A stretch of DNA of 63,489 bases, filler included, from Nemertoderma westbladi (taxonomy: Eukaryota > Animalia > Xenacoelomorpha): NCBI GenBank assembly GCA_032718475.1. It is 4 parts of 4 records of this genome, joined end to end, with 100 filler letters (N's around TTAATTAATTAA, not from the genome) between each part and the next. Parts side by side here need not be neighbours in the genome. Positions count along the whole stretch, not along the records: positions 21,787 to 45,045 come from JAUCBJ010002706.1; 3 more parts are not named here. One strand, 5' to 3'. Both the position numbers and the translations under genes were made by a program. Below the pieces are notes generated by a model, which saw only the letters and a list, made by a program, of their open reading frames with translations, did not search any database and was not told the origin of the DNA. Below, one piece after another: positions 28,225 to 41,748 of this stretch (position 1 is its first letter; the number at the start of each line of letters is the position of its first letter).

Positions 28225-28625
28225 CACACATTGCATGCTCTTGCCTACTTCGACTCGAGCTAACATCATAATATACCACATTGCATGCTCTTGCCTACTT
28301 CGACTCGAGCTAACATCATACTATACCACATTGCATGCTCTTGCCTACTTCGACTCGAGCTAACATCATACTATACCACATTGCATGCTCTTGCCTACTT
28401 CGACTCGAGCTAACATCATACTATACCACATTGCATGCTCTTGCCTACTTCGACTCGAGCTAACATCATACTATACCACATTGCATGATCTTGCCTACTT
28501 CGACTCGAGCTAACATCATACTATACCACATTGCATGCTCTTGCCTACTTCGACTCGAGCTAACATCATACTATACCACATTGCATGCTCTTGACCACTT
28601 CGACTCGAGCTAACATCATGCTATA
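28225..28625. repeat. 50-bp unit x 8
   Basis: CCACATTGCATGCTCTTGCCTACTTCGACTCGAGCTAACATCATACTATA. Confidence 0.98.
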
Positions 28626-28708
28626 CTTGCGCGTTGCATTTGTTGAATTTATGTACAATACCCACCAAATAATTGTCTACAAATTTTAATAACATTAGGG
28701 AAAATAAT

Positions 28709-29589
28709 TTGTAATTGTGCTGGAGTACGCAATGAGGACGGCCACAAAGGGTGAAGATCTGGGATTCACACTTCAAGAACGTAGAAGTAGTAGATATCCG
28801 GCAACCACAGTCACAGACACCGACTTTGCGGATGACATCGCCCTGCTCTCTAATACGCTAGCAGATGCACAGCTTCTACTAAATAAAGTGGAGAGGGCTG
28901 CTAAGGGGGTTGGATTGCATATAAATGCTACCAAGACGGAATTCATGAATTTTAAAGTTAATGGAAACTTGACAACCATTGATAATAATCAACTAAGGAA
29001 GGTCGATGACTTCCAGTATCTTGGATCATGGATAGAGAGTAGCAAAAAGGACATAGAAGTTAGGAAAGCAAAGGCTTGGGTAGCTCTATCAAAAATGGAT
29101 ACCATCTGGAAATCAGATCTCTCCAGGCACCTGAAGACTAAGTTCTTTCGAGCCACAGTGGAAAGTGTATTTTTATACGGGGGTGAGACCGGGACACTGA
29201 CTAAATCACTTGAACAACGCATTGATGGTTGCTACACAAGACTACTAAGGGCAGCCCTAAATATCAGCTGGAGACAACACATTACAAACGCCGAGCTTTA
29301 TGGTACAATACCACCTGTATCAACCACCCTCCGTGAACGCAGATTAAGATTCAGTGGGCACTGCTGGCGAAGTAAAGACGAGGTCATACCAGATCTACTT
29401 CTCTGGCAACCAACTCATGGAAAGCGTAGTCGTGGACGACCTGCCATAACATATATAGATCAACTTGAAAGGGATACTGAACTTGGGAGAAACGAAATTG
29501 CGACAACTATGGAGAATCGGGAAGCCTGGAAGGATCTCATTTCCACTGTCCGAGTTCGCTCGACCTAGTAGTAGTAGTAGTAGTAGTAG
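28709..29589 (+). mobile_element. 5'-truncated RTE-type LINE (family B)
   Basis: DFADDIALL, FQYLGSWI, RLRFSGHCWR, RSRGRP. The stop runs into a (TAG)n tail. TSD TAGGGAAAATAAT at 28696-28708 and 29590-29602. Confidence 0.93.
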
Positions 29590-32200
29590 TAGGGAAAATA
29601 ATATACTGTAGTTTAGCACCATATTTTCACTTGGGCGATTTAATTTTGCTTAAACTTTACTATAGACAGCTGCAAGGGACAAGTACATTACCGGTATTAT
29701 AACCTCTCCACGCATCCTACATCCTGTACTTCAATTAACTTTATCCGCGAGCAGGAAATATCAGAACAACAGGGACAATAGGGAAAGGTCGGACAGAATG
29801 TCAGCGATAAACTTCGGTCAAGTGGAGTCCTTTAAATCGCTGCATGTCAGCAGAATGCTTCCACTTAATCAATTATTTCCAGTAACGCATGAAAGTTTAT
29901 TTAATTACCAGGTAAATATTTTAAATATTACAGGTGATAATCTTTTTTTACTTCGATTCAATTACAAAATTCGAGAAATTCCACCAACTTTAACATTTTT
30001 TGTAACATCAAATGTTTAATATGTTGTCTTTTATCAGCAATTATTGTTCCTTAATATTTTAATTTTGTGATAAAACTACATACATACCTGTTACAAAGTA
30101 ATTTACAGTGTCCTAGCTCTATCATACCTCTATTTGCAATCATTCGCTACGTTCGTTCGTGTCGTTCGGATCTGTTCGAACTGAATGGCTCCATTTATCT
30201 AGAATTTTATGGCGTAGAAATCCTTAAAGAAGTTCCGACACATTGCCATGTTAAGACGTCGTATTTCGTCTTGTGGCCAGCGGGGTATAAAGTTATATTT
30301 TATTTCCATGTAAAAAATTTTATTATTTACCTACTCGTTCATTGGACTAGCATATGGACTTCGCTAGCTGAGCTCGGTAAATTTATATCTACTATATGTA
30401 AATAATAAATAAATAAAATAATCTATTTTATTTACTGCACAAAAGAGTCAGAATATTTATTGGTCTTCCCTGTGGAAAAATACATGATAATATTTAAAAA
30501 ACATTTTCTTTGAGGCGTTTTTTTCCGCGTCAACAAATGCGGCCTACGACACCACATAAAAACGCGCTAAAAAACGCGGACGAAAAAAACTAGTCCTAAA
30601 ACTGGACAAAAAAAATGCGGCAAAAAACACATCTGTGAAATTGGACCGTTCAGGACGATAAATTGTTCACCATTAGATTTGTTAATTTTCCCTGTACATG
30701 TAAAAACAAGAAATAGCTTTATAAATTAGTGGCGTGCAAGCACGCCGGATGTAAATACCATCCATCAGCTGAAACAAAAATACCAACGTTTCCCTCTCAT
30801 GATTCTAATTACCCCAATTATTGTAGTACTAGAGTTGAAGACCTACATTATTACTAAAATTCATTCACCTGGAATTAGTAATAAATTCACATTCGCCCAT
30901 ACCTTGACTAAGAAGGCTATCAGCTGTATAACATATTTAACACACACTGTGAAGAATTTCAAGTTTGTAAGGGAGTTGAGTTTAGGCAGTAGGGCCTAAT
31001 TAGGCACTACTGTTTGCTTAAGCAAACAGTATGGGTGTAGTAAGTACAATAATCTTGGCAACCTCATCGATTTATACTAAGCCTTTGTAGAAATCCATTA
31101 CATAACCTATTTTGAACACCAGCTGTTATTGGTGTTATTTTACCATTGCGTCTACCGCACTTTTCGTTTATTTTTCGTTCATTTTTTGCAAAAACTAATG
31201 ACTATTTTTCTGAAAATTGCTTTATACACCCATTCAGACCATACACTACAGGAGGGTACTAAAAACAAAACAATTGACCAGATAGTTACGGAGCCTTTCG
31301 CGTGACAAACAGACAGACAGAAAGACAGACAAGCAAACAAACAAACAGACACGATTTTCTTACAGTAAGTAAATCTGAAGATTTACAAATAATTTTTGCT
31401 TGGAAACTGTAGTTCATTTGGAGGTTACGGTTGGCGAAGCAGTTGTTGCAATGTCTGGGCGCGTGAGATTTATAATGCACTCATGTGTGTGATTCGATCC
31501 AAAATCATTCGAGCGCATGGCGGCGAAAGAATAACAATCAGCTCATTATAATACTAAGATAAAAGTAAATCCCACAAACTCAGACATTCATACAGAGTAA
31601 CTTACAAAATAATTGGAGAACATTGAAACTGTACAAACGCGACGTGTCTTACTGTTCTTTTATAGTTTATACAAACTAGATATTAGAGTCGTTATAATTA
31701 TACAGATGAACAGTTTCCTTGGACAGCAATAGGCCTAACAACATAAGTATACAACCGATTTAAACACAACTTATATCATTTATACTGTAAAAATATATTT
31801 ATTGCACCTTCCTTAAATACAAACTGTTTACAACCTAAAATCTCAAATTTTACTTTCAATTGACAGTAATTGACCTAATGATCTAATCAATCATTCAGAT
31901 TGTAATTGTATTCTGAATGCAAATTCCCGAGTTAATTAATTAATATAATATGTGATGTTTAGTTGTGAGTCCTAATGGGTATTTTTGGAGCAGAAGTAAA
32001 AGTATGTGCAGTATGACATTTCAAAAAATTGTATATTTTATATTAGAGTGATAAAAACATTAATTCGATCTAACCAGTTTCATATTCGAAATCACCAAGA
32101 ATGGTGAAGAAAATTTTGCAATAAACTCATCAGCATCTGAAAGTGACAGAGAAAAATGCCTCAATAGCAGGCTATTACTCAATAACTCATTACATAATAT

Positions 32201-35200
32201 ACTACTACTACTACTACTAGATCGAGCGAGCTCGGACAGTAAAATGAGATTCTTCCAGGCTTCCCAATTGTCCATAGTTGTCGCAATTTCGTTTCTCTCA
32301 AGTCCAGTATCCCTTTCAAGTGTCATAGCCGGTCGTCCACGCGTACGCTTTCCATGAGTTGGTTGTCAGATAAGGAGATCTGGTAAGACATAGTCTTTAC
32401 TTTACTACGCCAGAAAGGACCAGTGTATCATAATCTGCGTTCACTTAGAGTGGTTGGTACAGGTGGTTGGTATAGGTGGGTGGTACAGGTGGTTGGTACA
32501 GATGGTTGTTACGGGTGGTTGGTACAGGTGGTTGGTACAGGTGATAGGTACAGGTGGTTGGTACAGGTGGTTGGTACAGGTGGTTGGTACGGGTGGTTGG
32601 TACGGGTGGTTGGTACAGGTGATTGGTACAGGTGGTTGGTACGGGTGGTTGGTACAGGTGGTTGGTACAGGTGGTTGGTATGGGTGGTTGGTACGGGTGG
32701 TTGGTACGGGTGGTTCGTACAGGTGGTTGTTACAGGTAGTTGGTACGGGTGGTTGGTACGGGTGGTTGGTACAGGTGATTGGTACAGGTGGTTGGTACAG
32801 GTGGTTGGTATGGGTGGTTGGTACGGGTGGTTGGTACAGGTGGTTGGTACGGGTGGTTGGTACAGGTGGTTGGTACAGGTGGTTGGTACGGGTGGTTGGT
32901 ACAGGTGGTTGGTACAGGTGGTTGGTACAGGTGGTTGGTACGGGTGGTTGGTACAGGTGGTTGGTACAGGTGGTTGGTACGGATGGTTGGTACGGGTGGT
33001 TGGTACGGGTGGTTGGTACAGGTGGTTGGTATGGGTGGTTGGTACGTGTGGTTGGTACGGGTGGTTCGTACAGGTGGTTGTTACAGGTAGTTGGTACGGG
33101 TGGTTGGTACGGGTGGTTGGTACAGGTGATTGGTACAGGTGGTTGGTACAGGTGGTTGGTATGGGTGGTTGGTACGGGTGGTTGGTACAGGTGGTTGGTA
33201 TGGGTGGTTGGTACAGGTGGTTGGTACAGGTGGTTGGTACAGGTGGTTGGTACGGGTGGTTCGTACAGGTGGTTCGTACAGGTGGTTGGTACGGGTGGTT
33301 GCTAGAGGTGGTTGGTTAGGGTGTTGTTGGTACAGGTGGTTGGTACGGGTGGTTGGTACAGGTGGTTGGTACAGGTGGTTGGTACAGTTGGTTGGTACAG
33401 GTGGTTGGTACAGGTGGTTGGTACGGGTGGTTGGTCCAGGTGGTTGGTACAGGTGGTTGGTACAGGTGGTTGGTACAGGTGATATCGGTGGTGGTACATG
33501 TGGTTGGTACAGGTGGTTGGTACGGGTGGTTGGTACAGGTGGTTGGTACGGGTGGTTGGTACAGGTGGTTGGTACAGGTGGTTGGTACAGGTGATTGGTA
33601 CGGGTGGTTGGTACAGGTGGTTGGTACGGGTGGTTGGTACGGGTGGTTGGTACAGGTGATTGGTACAGGTGGTTGGTACAGGTGGTAGGGTACAGGTGGT
33701 TGGTACAGGTGGTTGGTACAGGTGGTTGGTACGGGTGGTTGGTACAGGTGGTTGGTACAGGTGGTTGGTATGGGTGGTTGGTACGGGTGGTTGGTACGGG
33801 TGGTTCGTACAGGTGGTTGTTACAGGTAGTTGGTACGGGTGGTTGGTACAGGTGGTTGGTACGGGTGGTTGGTACAGGTGGTTGGTACAGGTGGTTGGTA
33901 CAGTTGGTTGGTACAGGTGGTTGGTACAGGTGGTTGGTACGGGTGGTTGGTCCAGGTGGTTGGTACGGGTGGTTGGTACAGGTGGTTGGTACAGTTGGTT
34001 GGTACAAGTGGTTGGTACAGGTGGTTGGTACGGGTGGTTGGTCCAGGTGGTTGGTACAGGTGGTTGGTACAGGTGGTTGGTACGGGTGGTTGGTACAGGT
34101 GGTTGGTACGGGTGGTTGGTACAGGTGGTTGGTACAGGTGGTTGGTACAGGTGGTTGGGTTGGTACGGGTGGTTGGTACAGGTGGTTGGTACAGGTGGTT
34201 GGTACGGGTGGTTGCTAGAGGTGGTTGGTTAGGGTGTTGTTGGTACAGGTGGTTGGTACGGGTGGTTGGTACAGGTGGTTGGTACAGGTGGTTGGTACAG
34301 TTGGTTGGTACAGGTGGTTGGTACAGGTGGTTGGTACGGGTGGTTGGTCCAGGTGGTTGGTACAGGTGGTTGGTACTTGTGATATCGGTGGTGGTACAGG
34401 TGGTTGGTACAGGTGGTTGGTACGGGTGGTTGGTACAGGTGGTTGGTACAGGTGGTTGGTACAGGTGGTTGGTACGGGTGGTTGGTACAGGTGGTTGGTA
34501 CAGGTGGTTGGTACGGGTGGTTGCTAGAGGTGGTTGGTTAGGGTGTTGTTGGTACAGGTGGTTGGTACGGGTGGTTGGTACAGGTGGTTGATACAGGTGG
34601 TTGGTACAGTTGGTTGGTACAGGTGGTTGGTACAGGTGGTTGGTACGGGTGGTTGGTCCAGGTGGTTGGTACGGGTGGTTGGTACAGGTGGTTGGTACAG
34701 TTGGTTGGTACAGGTGGTTGGTACAGGTGGTTGGTACGGGTGGTTGGTCCAGGTGGTTGGTACAGGTGGTTGGTACAGGTGGTTGGTACGGGTGGTTGGT
34801 ACAGGTGGTTGGTACAGGTGGTTGGTACGGGTGGTTGCTAGAGGTGGTTGGTTAGGGTGTTGTTGGTACAGGTGGTTGGTACGGATGGTTGGTACAGGTG
34901 GTTGGTACGTGTGGTTGGTACAGGTGGTTGGTACGGGTGGTGTTGGTACAGGTGGTTGGTATAGGTGGTTGGTACCGGTGGTTGTTACAGGTGGTTGGTA
35001 CGGGTGGTTGGTACAGATGGTTGGTACAGGTGGTTGGTATAGGTGGTTGGTACCGGTGGTTGTTACAGGTGGTTGGTTAGGGTGGTTGGTACATATGGTT
35101 GGTACGGGTGGTGTTGGTACAGGTGGTTGGTACGGGTGGTTGGTACAGGTGGTTGTTACAGGTGGTTGGTACGGGTGGTTGGTACGGGTGGTTGGTACGG

Positions 35201-36290
35201 GTGTTGTTGGTACAGATGGTTGGTACAGTGGGTTGGTAAAGGGGTTGGTACAGGTGGTTTGTAAAGGTGGTATCGGTGGTGGTACAGGTGGTTGGTACAG
35301 GTAGTTTGTACAGGTAGTTGGTACAGGTTGTTGGTATAGGTGGTTGGTACAGGTGGTTTGTACAGGTGGTATCGGTGGTGGTACAGGTGGTTGGTACGGG
35401 TGGTTGGAACAGGTGGTTGGTATAGGTGGTTGGTACAGGTGGTTGGTACAGGTGGTTGGTACAGGTGGTTGGTACGGGTGGTTGGTACGGGTGGTTGGTA
35501 CAGGTGGTTGGTACAGTTCGTTGGTACGGGTGGTTGGTACGGGTGGTTGGTACAGGTGGTTGGTCCGGGGGGTTGGTACAGGTGGTTGGTACGGGGGTTG
35601 GTACAGGTGGTTGGTACAAGTGGTTAGTACAGGTGGTTGGTACAGGTGGTTGGTACGGGGGTTGGTACGGGTGGTTGGTACAGGTGGTTGGTACAGGTGG
35701 TTGGTACGGGTGGTTGCTAGAGGTGGTTGGTTAGGGTGTTGTTGGTACAGGTGGTTGGTACGGGTGGTTGGTACAGGTGGTTGATACAGGTGGTTGGTAC
35801 AGTTGGTTGGTACAGGTGGTTGGTACAGGTGGTTGGTACAGGTGGTTGGCACGGGTGGTTGGTACAGGTGGTTGGCACGGGTGGTTGGTACGGGTGGTTG
35901 GTACAGGTGGTTGGTACAGTTCGTTGGTACGGGTGGTTGGTACGGGTGGTTGGTACAGGTGGTTGGTACGGAGGGTTGGTACAGGTGGTTGGTACAGGAG
36001 GTTGGTACAGGTGGTTGGAACAAGTGGTTAGTACAGGTGGTTGGTACAGGTGGTTGGTACGGGGGTTGGTACGGGTGGTTGGTACAGGTGGTTGGTACAG
36101 GTGGTTGGCTGGTATTCCATAAGATCTCAGTACTTCCAGCATTGAACATCCATGGATGGAATCGTAAACTTTCTTGATGTCCAAAATAGCCAGAACTGCA
36201 TGCAGGAAGACTCTTTGATTTAATTCCCTCAACCATTCTCTGTAGCACTCCTTACATCTGAGCTATTGTTGATCCTCATTTGGTCGAAAT
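32201..36290 (-). mobile_element. Degenerate RTE-type LINE (family B-like) with its interior replaced by a 13-bp array
   Basis: 32201-32450 is the reverse complement of the 3' end of the 28709 element, including the (TAG)n tail. 36109-36290 encodes the RT segment LQRMVEGIKSKSLPA / LDIKKVYDSIH ... LRSYGIP. Confidence 0.82.
32449..36108. repeat. 13-bp G/T-rich minisatellite (GGTGGTTGGTACA/G), about 280 copies
   Basis: Directly visible. Recurring variant blocks (e.g. gctagagg ... ttagggtgtt) indicate higher-order duplications. Confidence 0.99.
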
Positions 36291-37065
36291 CAATTTTGGC
36301 TCTTAAGCAGTATTATATATATATATTATATAAATTATATATACCCCAAACCTTCGAAAATAATTTGAGATATGTAAGAGATACAGCTGCTATCTTCCAA
36401 AATCACATCCCATGATTCGGTTTTATGCTGAACCTCGATCTCTTTTGATACATCACAAGAAGTGAGATACCTTACAATACCACACCCTATGACTATTATA
36501 TGCGCCAACCCTTCTGGTGCCCCGCACTGATAGATGCCACAGCACAGCCTTATTTCTATACGGTTCTTCTCATTAAATATTCCACAGCGGGTGTTGCACT
36601 GCTGTTAGCAATGTCCTCCGACTTAGTAATTATACCGCGGACTAGAAACGACATATGATCCTCTAATCCTACTGAGCCCACATTTACATGACAGAAAAGA
36701 AAAAAGCTAATCTCATGGAAGAAGGATAAAGTTAGCACCCAAAATACCACCACTACTACCTTTCCACCCTGACAGCTACTGTACTACGGAAAACTATTGT
36801 TCTACCTTGTTTATAGTTTCATTGCATATGAGTACTACTACAACTACTAGGTCAAGCAAACACGTTCTTCCATTTTTCCCAATTCTACATGTTTGTCGCA
36901 ATTTCGTAGAGTGAAAAGGTGAAAACACGAAAATTGCCATCAATTCAACGATAGAAACACCAGGTGCTGGTACTCATGAGGGCCTAGTAAGCTACTACTA
37001 TTTATTGAATCATGCTCAAACTGCAGAGAAGTATATTACTTGCCAAATTTATTACTCTCTCACTC

Positions 37066-39525
37066 GGAGCGCGAACTTTGTTCCTAAAATGTGAAAATGC
37101 AAATTTTGTTCAAATTGACAGCGAACTTTGTTCCTATTTTTGCGAATTTTGTTCCTATTTTAGCGAATTTTGTTCCTATGAAATTTAATTAGCTTTTTTT
37201 TCTCGCAAATCTATTGCGAATTTTGTTGCTATGACTGCGAATTTTGTTCCACTCACTATTACAGTAGGCCTACTGCAGTGGCTAGACTTACAGTAGATGA
37301 ATAACAACACGAATGCAGAAATTAACTTTCATTCCGTCATCTTTCACACAATTTTAACACAATAGTATTTAGATTGAATAGGAAACTTTTACTTACTTGG
37401 AGAATTATTAATATAAATTATCTTACCGCCAGTATTTACAGCCCGCTCCACTTCGTTATGGAATATATTAATGTAGGCTTTTTGTAGGAATAGTGACTTA
37501 TAATAATAAATTATTATAATAATGATTTACTAAAAATAATTACTTTGTAGGTAACGTACATAACATACTAGTAATAGTTGCCCTAGTGTCAGATTATCTT
37601 ATGTTCTAATGGATAACAATAATTACGGTAATGTTTGCGACTTTGAAATTAAAAGTAAACATTTGAAACACGCAATCATTCAGTTTCATAGTCTCCGTTG
37701 GCCGGAAAATGTCGTAGAATAATATCTCTACCACTACTCGGGGCCTACACAAATACCGGCACTGGTGTCACATACTGTACTATAGATGTAAAGATTTTAT
37801 GGTACTTGTTCTAGGGTAACGTGGCTCATCAACTGGGTAACGTTATATACTCCCCAATAGGCATTTTTTCTATTTAATCAATTTTGACATTTAGCATTAT
37901 AGCGTAATATTATAGGGATGCAGTCACTTGCCCAATAGGACACTTCCCCAATACGTCACTTTGCCCATTAAAAAATATTTTAGGTCACTTGGCTAATATA
38001 TTTAATTTTTAACCGCTTTTAATAAAAAAATTAAAAAAAAAATTTAAATATTTAACTTTACCAATAGGTCACTAACCCAATACTCGACTTACAGAATAAG
38101 TCACTTGCCCAATAAGTTTTTTGAGACCATAATTTCCATTCACTTCATATAAGTGAAAATAGTGATCCTCAGCACACATTGACCGCAAGTGAAATAATTT
38201 ATAGTTTATTGTTTTGGTTAGAAAACACCGCCACTGTAACCTACTCCTTTCCATTAATGTTCTTAATTAAATAAAGCTAAATCTCAAAGTATTGGGCAAG
38301 TGTCCTATTCGAAAATTGTCCTATTGGGAAAGTGACCATACCAGATCTAGTTATTGGGGAAGGGAAAGTGACTCATCATAGGGAAAGTGTCTTATGGTAA
38401 ATATTATTGGGCAAAAGTCTCATTGGGGAAGAGTCCATATTGGGCATCTGACAGTTAACCATATCCATATCCATATTTTCTATATCATATTTTCCATTTT
38501 CCGTTAACCATATCATATATATGTGGTCGTCTGTCGTCGTTGTGTGTCGTCGTCGTCGTCGTCGTAAATTTTTGATCGCTAATAACTCGGTTATTCCTGT
38601 ATGAAATTAAACGAAACTTGATACATAAGTAGTCCGGCAAAAGTTTAGAAAGAATCGGAAGTTTGGTAAATAAAACGAACGAACGCAACAAGTTTACACT
38701 GGATACGAGTATCCCTCTGCCATAAATCAGCAGTTACTCTCACAGTTTCGAGACTTGGCATAGTTATAAAGGTCATTAGTCTTTTTTTAAGACAAAACAG
38801 GAAGAGCGCAACGAGGCTAATGAAGGAGAAGAGTATTGTAGACTAAAAAGTAAACTAAAAATGTCATACTTAACTTAAATAGCCCGAGTTAGAAGGTTTA
38901 CAAATGACAGTTAAATTGTGTAAGGGCAAACTGAAATGGATGTCTGTTTTTATAACTAGTTTATCACAAACTGAAAGCATCGCCTTCACTCATGTATATT
39001 TTGGGAAAGACGGTTTTCGTATATCTAATAGAAATGTACTCTATAATATAGGCTCTCGTGCTGCGCGAAGGCCCCACGCGTGTACTTATCTGCATAGGAT
39101 GATGGATTTATATAGGATAATATAGATCTTATACTGATCTGATATATAGATAACAAATAATTGTGTGATCTCGAATTTTCACATCCTATGCATATTACGT
39201 CATAGTTGGATTAATTGCAAACTACGCATTAAGTAAGATAAACTAAATATAACTTAGTAATAAATAATCCAATCCACAAACTGAAAGTAACTTACAGAGA
39301 TTGGAACAAAGTTCGCAATAATAGGAACAAAGTTCGCTTTGATAGGAACAAAGTTCGCAATAATTGGAACAAAGTTCGCTTTGATAGGAACAAAGTTCGC
39401 AATAATTGGAACATAATTATCCTTGAAGATTCGATAGGAACATAATTCGCAAGTAGAGGAACAAAGTTCGCTACCCGTTGGAACAAAATTCGGAAAATAT
39501 CAATAGGAACAAAATTCGCGCCACA
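37066..39525. mobile_element. Non-autonomous Mutator/Foldback-like element with nested insertions
   Basis: Left arm has repeated GCGAA(C/T)TTTGTTCC and right arm repeated GGAACAAA(G/A)TTCGC. A 9-bp direct repeat CTCTCACTC lies at 37057-37065 and 39526-39534. Confidence 0.75.
37845..38450. mobile_element. Nested foldback-like element
   Basis: Repeated cacttgcccaata on the left and tattgggcaagtg/tattgggaaagtg on the right. Confidence 0.55.
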
Positions 39526-40419
39526 CTCTCACTCTATCCCAGACAGTAATCAAACATCAACTGTTAGTTTGTATAAAGTATTACCCCGCCAGCTGAATAG
39601 CTCTTGCCAGTGAATCCTTTGGGAATATCTATAGGGTTACTAAATGATATGTTAGGTGGGAGGCCAGCTGATTGAATTGTAAGCACTGGGCCGTACAAAT
39701 GTTTTTTAGGTTGATGATAATGAATCAGGAGGGACCCAACTAACACTACGTTTGTCTATGGCGGTCTCCTTATAGCCAGCTTACTGGCTTTTCTAGTTGA
39801 ATCATATTATTCTGCAACCAATAATTTACTCTTTTAGACGAATTAGTGCTTTTTTTGCCGGACTGACAAATTTTGGCGACGTTCTGTGCGAGATTGGCGA
39901 TATTTGAAAAGATTCTGAGGCTCATATATGTTGCTCAAATGACTGAATAGCCCAAATAATAAAGTTGGTGCATACTCGAAGAGTTGAAATCGGTGAAATT
40001 CGACATTAAATTTTCAAAACCGCTATTTTTCAGTGACCCCGTGATCGAAACGCCACAAAAAATATACAGTCTTGTGCGCAACCAAAATTTATGTAGAGTT
40101 TGTTATTAAAATTTTTGCGTACCTGCTTGAGTTTTTGAGATATTGGATGGTTATACATACACACACACACACACACCACCACAACCACAACCACATCGTG
40201 TTTTTGAACGGCTCAACTCTTGGCAAGAACTACCCTGGCCTATTAATAGGCAGGTTCGTTATAAAATTTCATCTGGAAAGTGATACAGGTACAAAGAATG
40301 TCTGGACGGTTTTCACATGCCTTCAGTGTAACTATAAATAATAATTTAATTAACTTTAATTCAACCAATCACTATTATACGGAGCCTCTAAAGGGACATT
40401 AAAAAGAAACAATATATTC

Positions 40420-41285
40420 TGCTAACTCGTGTGAACGACTTAACTAACTTGTGCGAACGACTTACTAAGTCTTGTGAACGACTTAGTAAGTCGTGTGAAT
40501 GACTTACTAAGTCGTGTGAACGACTTACTAAGTCGTGTGAACGACTTAACTAACTTATGCGAACGACTTACTAAGTCGTGTGAACGACTTACTAAGTCGT
40601 GTGAACGACTTACTAAGTCGTGTGAACGACTTACTAAGTCGTGTGAACGACTTACTAAGTCGTGTGAACGACTTAACTAACTTATGCGAACGACTTACTA
40701 AGTCGTGTGAACGACTTACTAAGTCGTGTGAACGACTTACTAAGTCGTGTGAACGACTTAACTAACTTATGCGAACGACTTACTAAGTCGTGTGAACGAC
40801 TTAACTAGCTTGTGCGAACGACTTACTAAGTCGTGTGAACGACTTGCTAAGTCGTGTGAACGACTTACTAAGTCGTGTGAACGACTTACTAAGTCGTGTG
40901 AACAACTTACTAAGTCGTGTGAATGACTTACTAAGTCGTGTGAACGACTTAACTAACTTGTGCGAACGACTTACTAAGTCGTGTGAACGACTTACGAACC
41001 CGTGCGAACGACTTAACTAACTCGTGCAAACGCCTAAACACCTAACTAACTTGTGTGAACGTCTTACTCAAAGTCGTGCGAATGACATACTAAGTCATGC
41101 GAATGACTTACTAAGTCGTGTGAACGACTTACGAACTCGTGCGAACGACTTCACTAACTCGTGCAAACGACTTACTAAGTCATATGTTCATTTGACTTTG
41201 ACTTAGTAAGTCGTTTGCACAAGCGCCTAAACACCTAACTAACTTGTGTGAACGTCTTAACTTACTCTTGTGAACGACTTACTAA
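40420..41285. repeat. 21-bp minisatellite with palindromic core ACGACTTA-C-TAAGTCGT
   Basis: Unit CGTGTGAACGACTTACTAAGT alternates with a 22-bp variant. Confidence 0.96.
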
Positions 41286-41748
41286 CTATACTTCGATTTT
41301 ATTGGCTAAACATTACATTTTTTAAAGAGAAAAGCGTCAAAGAGGCATGTTTTATATTAGCAACATAAATAAAATATGTTTGCACTGTATGTATTATAAA
41401 TAAAATCAATTAAAATGATGTAAGATGTAATTAAATGCGCTCTAAAATAGGACTTACTCGTCATTTGCCCATGATCGGAGAGATCTAATGTTGTTGGGGC
41501 ACGATAGGATGTGGTAACTGGTGGCCTCGATCCCATATAACCTGCACACACACTAAGAATCACATGGGTCGTGATAACCAGGTGGTGTCTGACAGACGAT
41601 GGTGGAAACCGTGGACGGACGTTCTACAAATTACGAGTCGTAATGGTTGATCTGGGCCCGTCCAGATTTTGTTGGAGAAAACCGGACTCTCCCAAAACTC
41701 TAACTAAACTAAACATTAAAACATTACTGGTAACACATTATACACGAA

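Noticed and set aside
29798-29911. ATG-initiated 38-codon stretch ending at CAG|GTAAAT, a possible first exon
   Set aside because: No recognisable homology and no downstream exon that I could identify.
32449-36108. Telomere-like repeat
   Set aside because: Interstitial, not a known telomere unit, and traceable to RTE coding sequence.
32423-36248. Many overlapping W/G/V-rich and P/T-rich (mucin-like) ORFs
   Set aside because: All six frames of a 13-bp satellite give the same peptides. There is no signal peptide or splice support.
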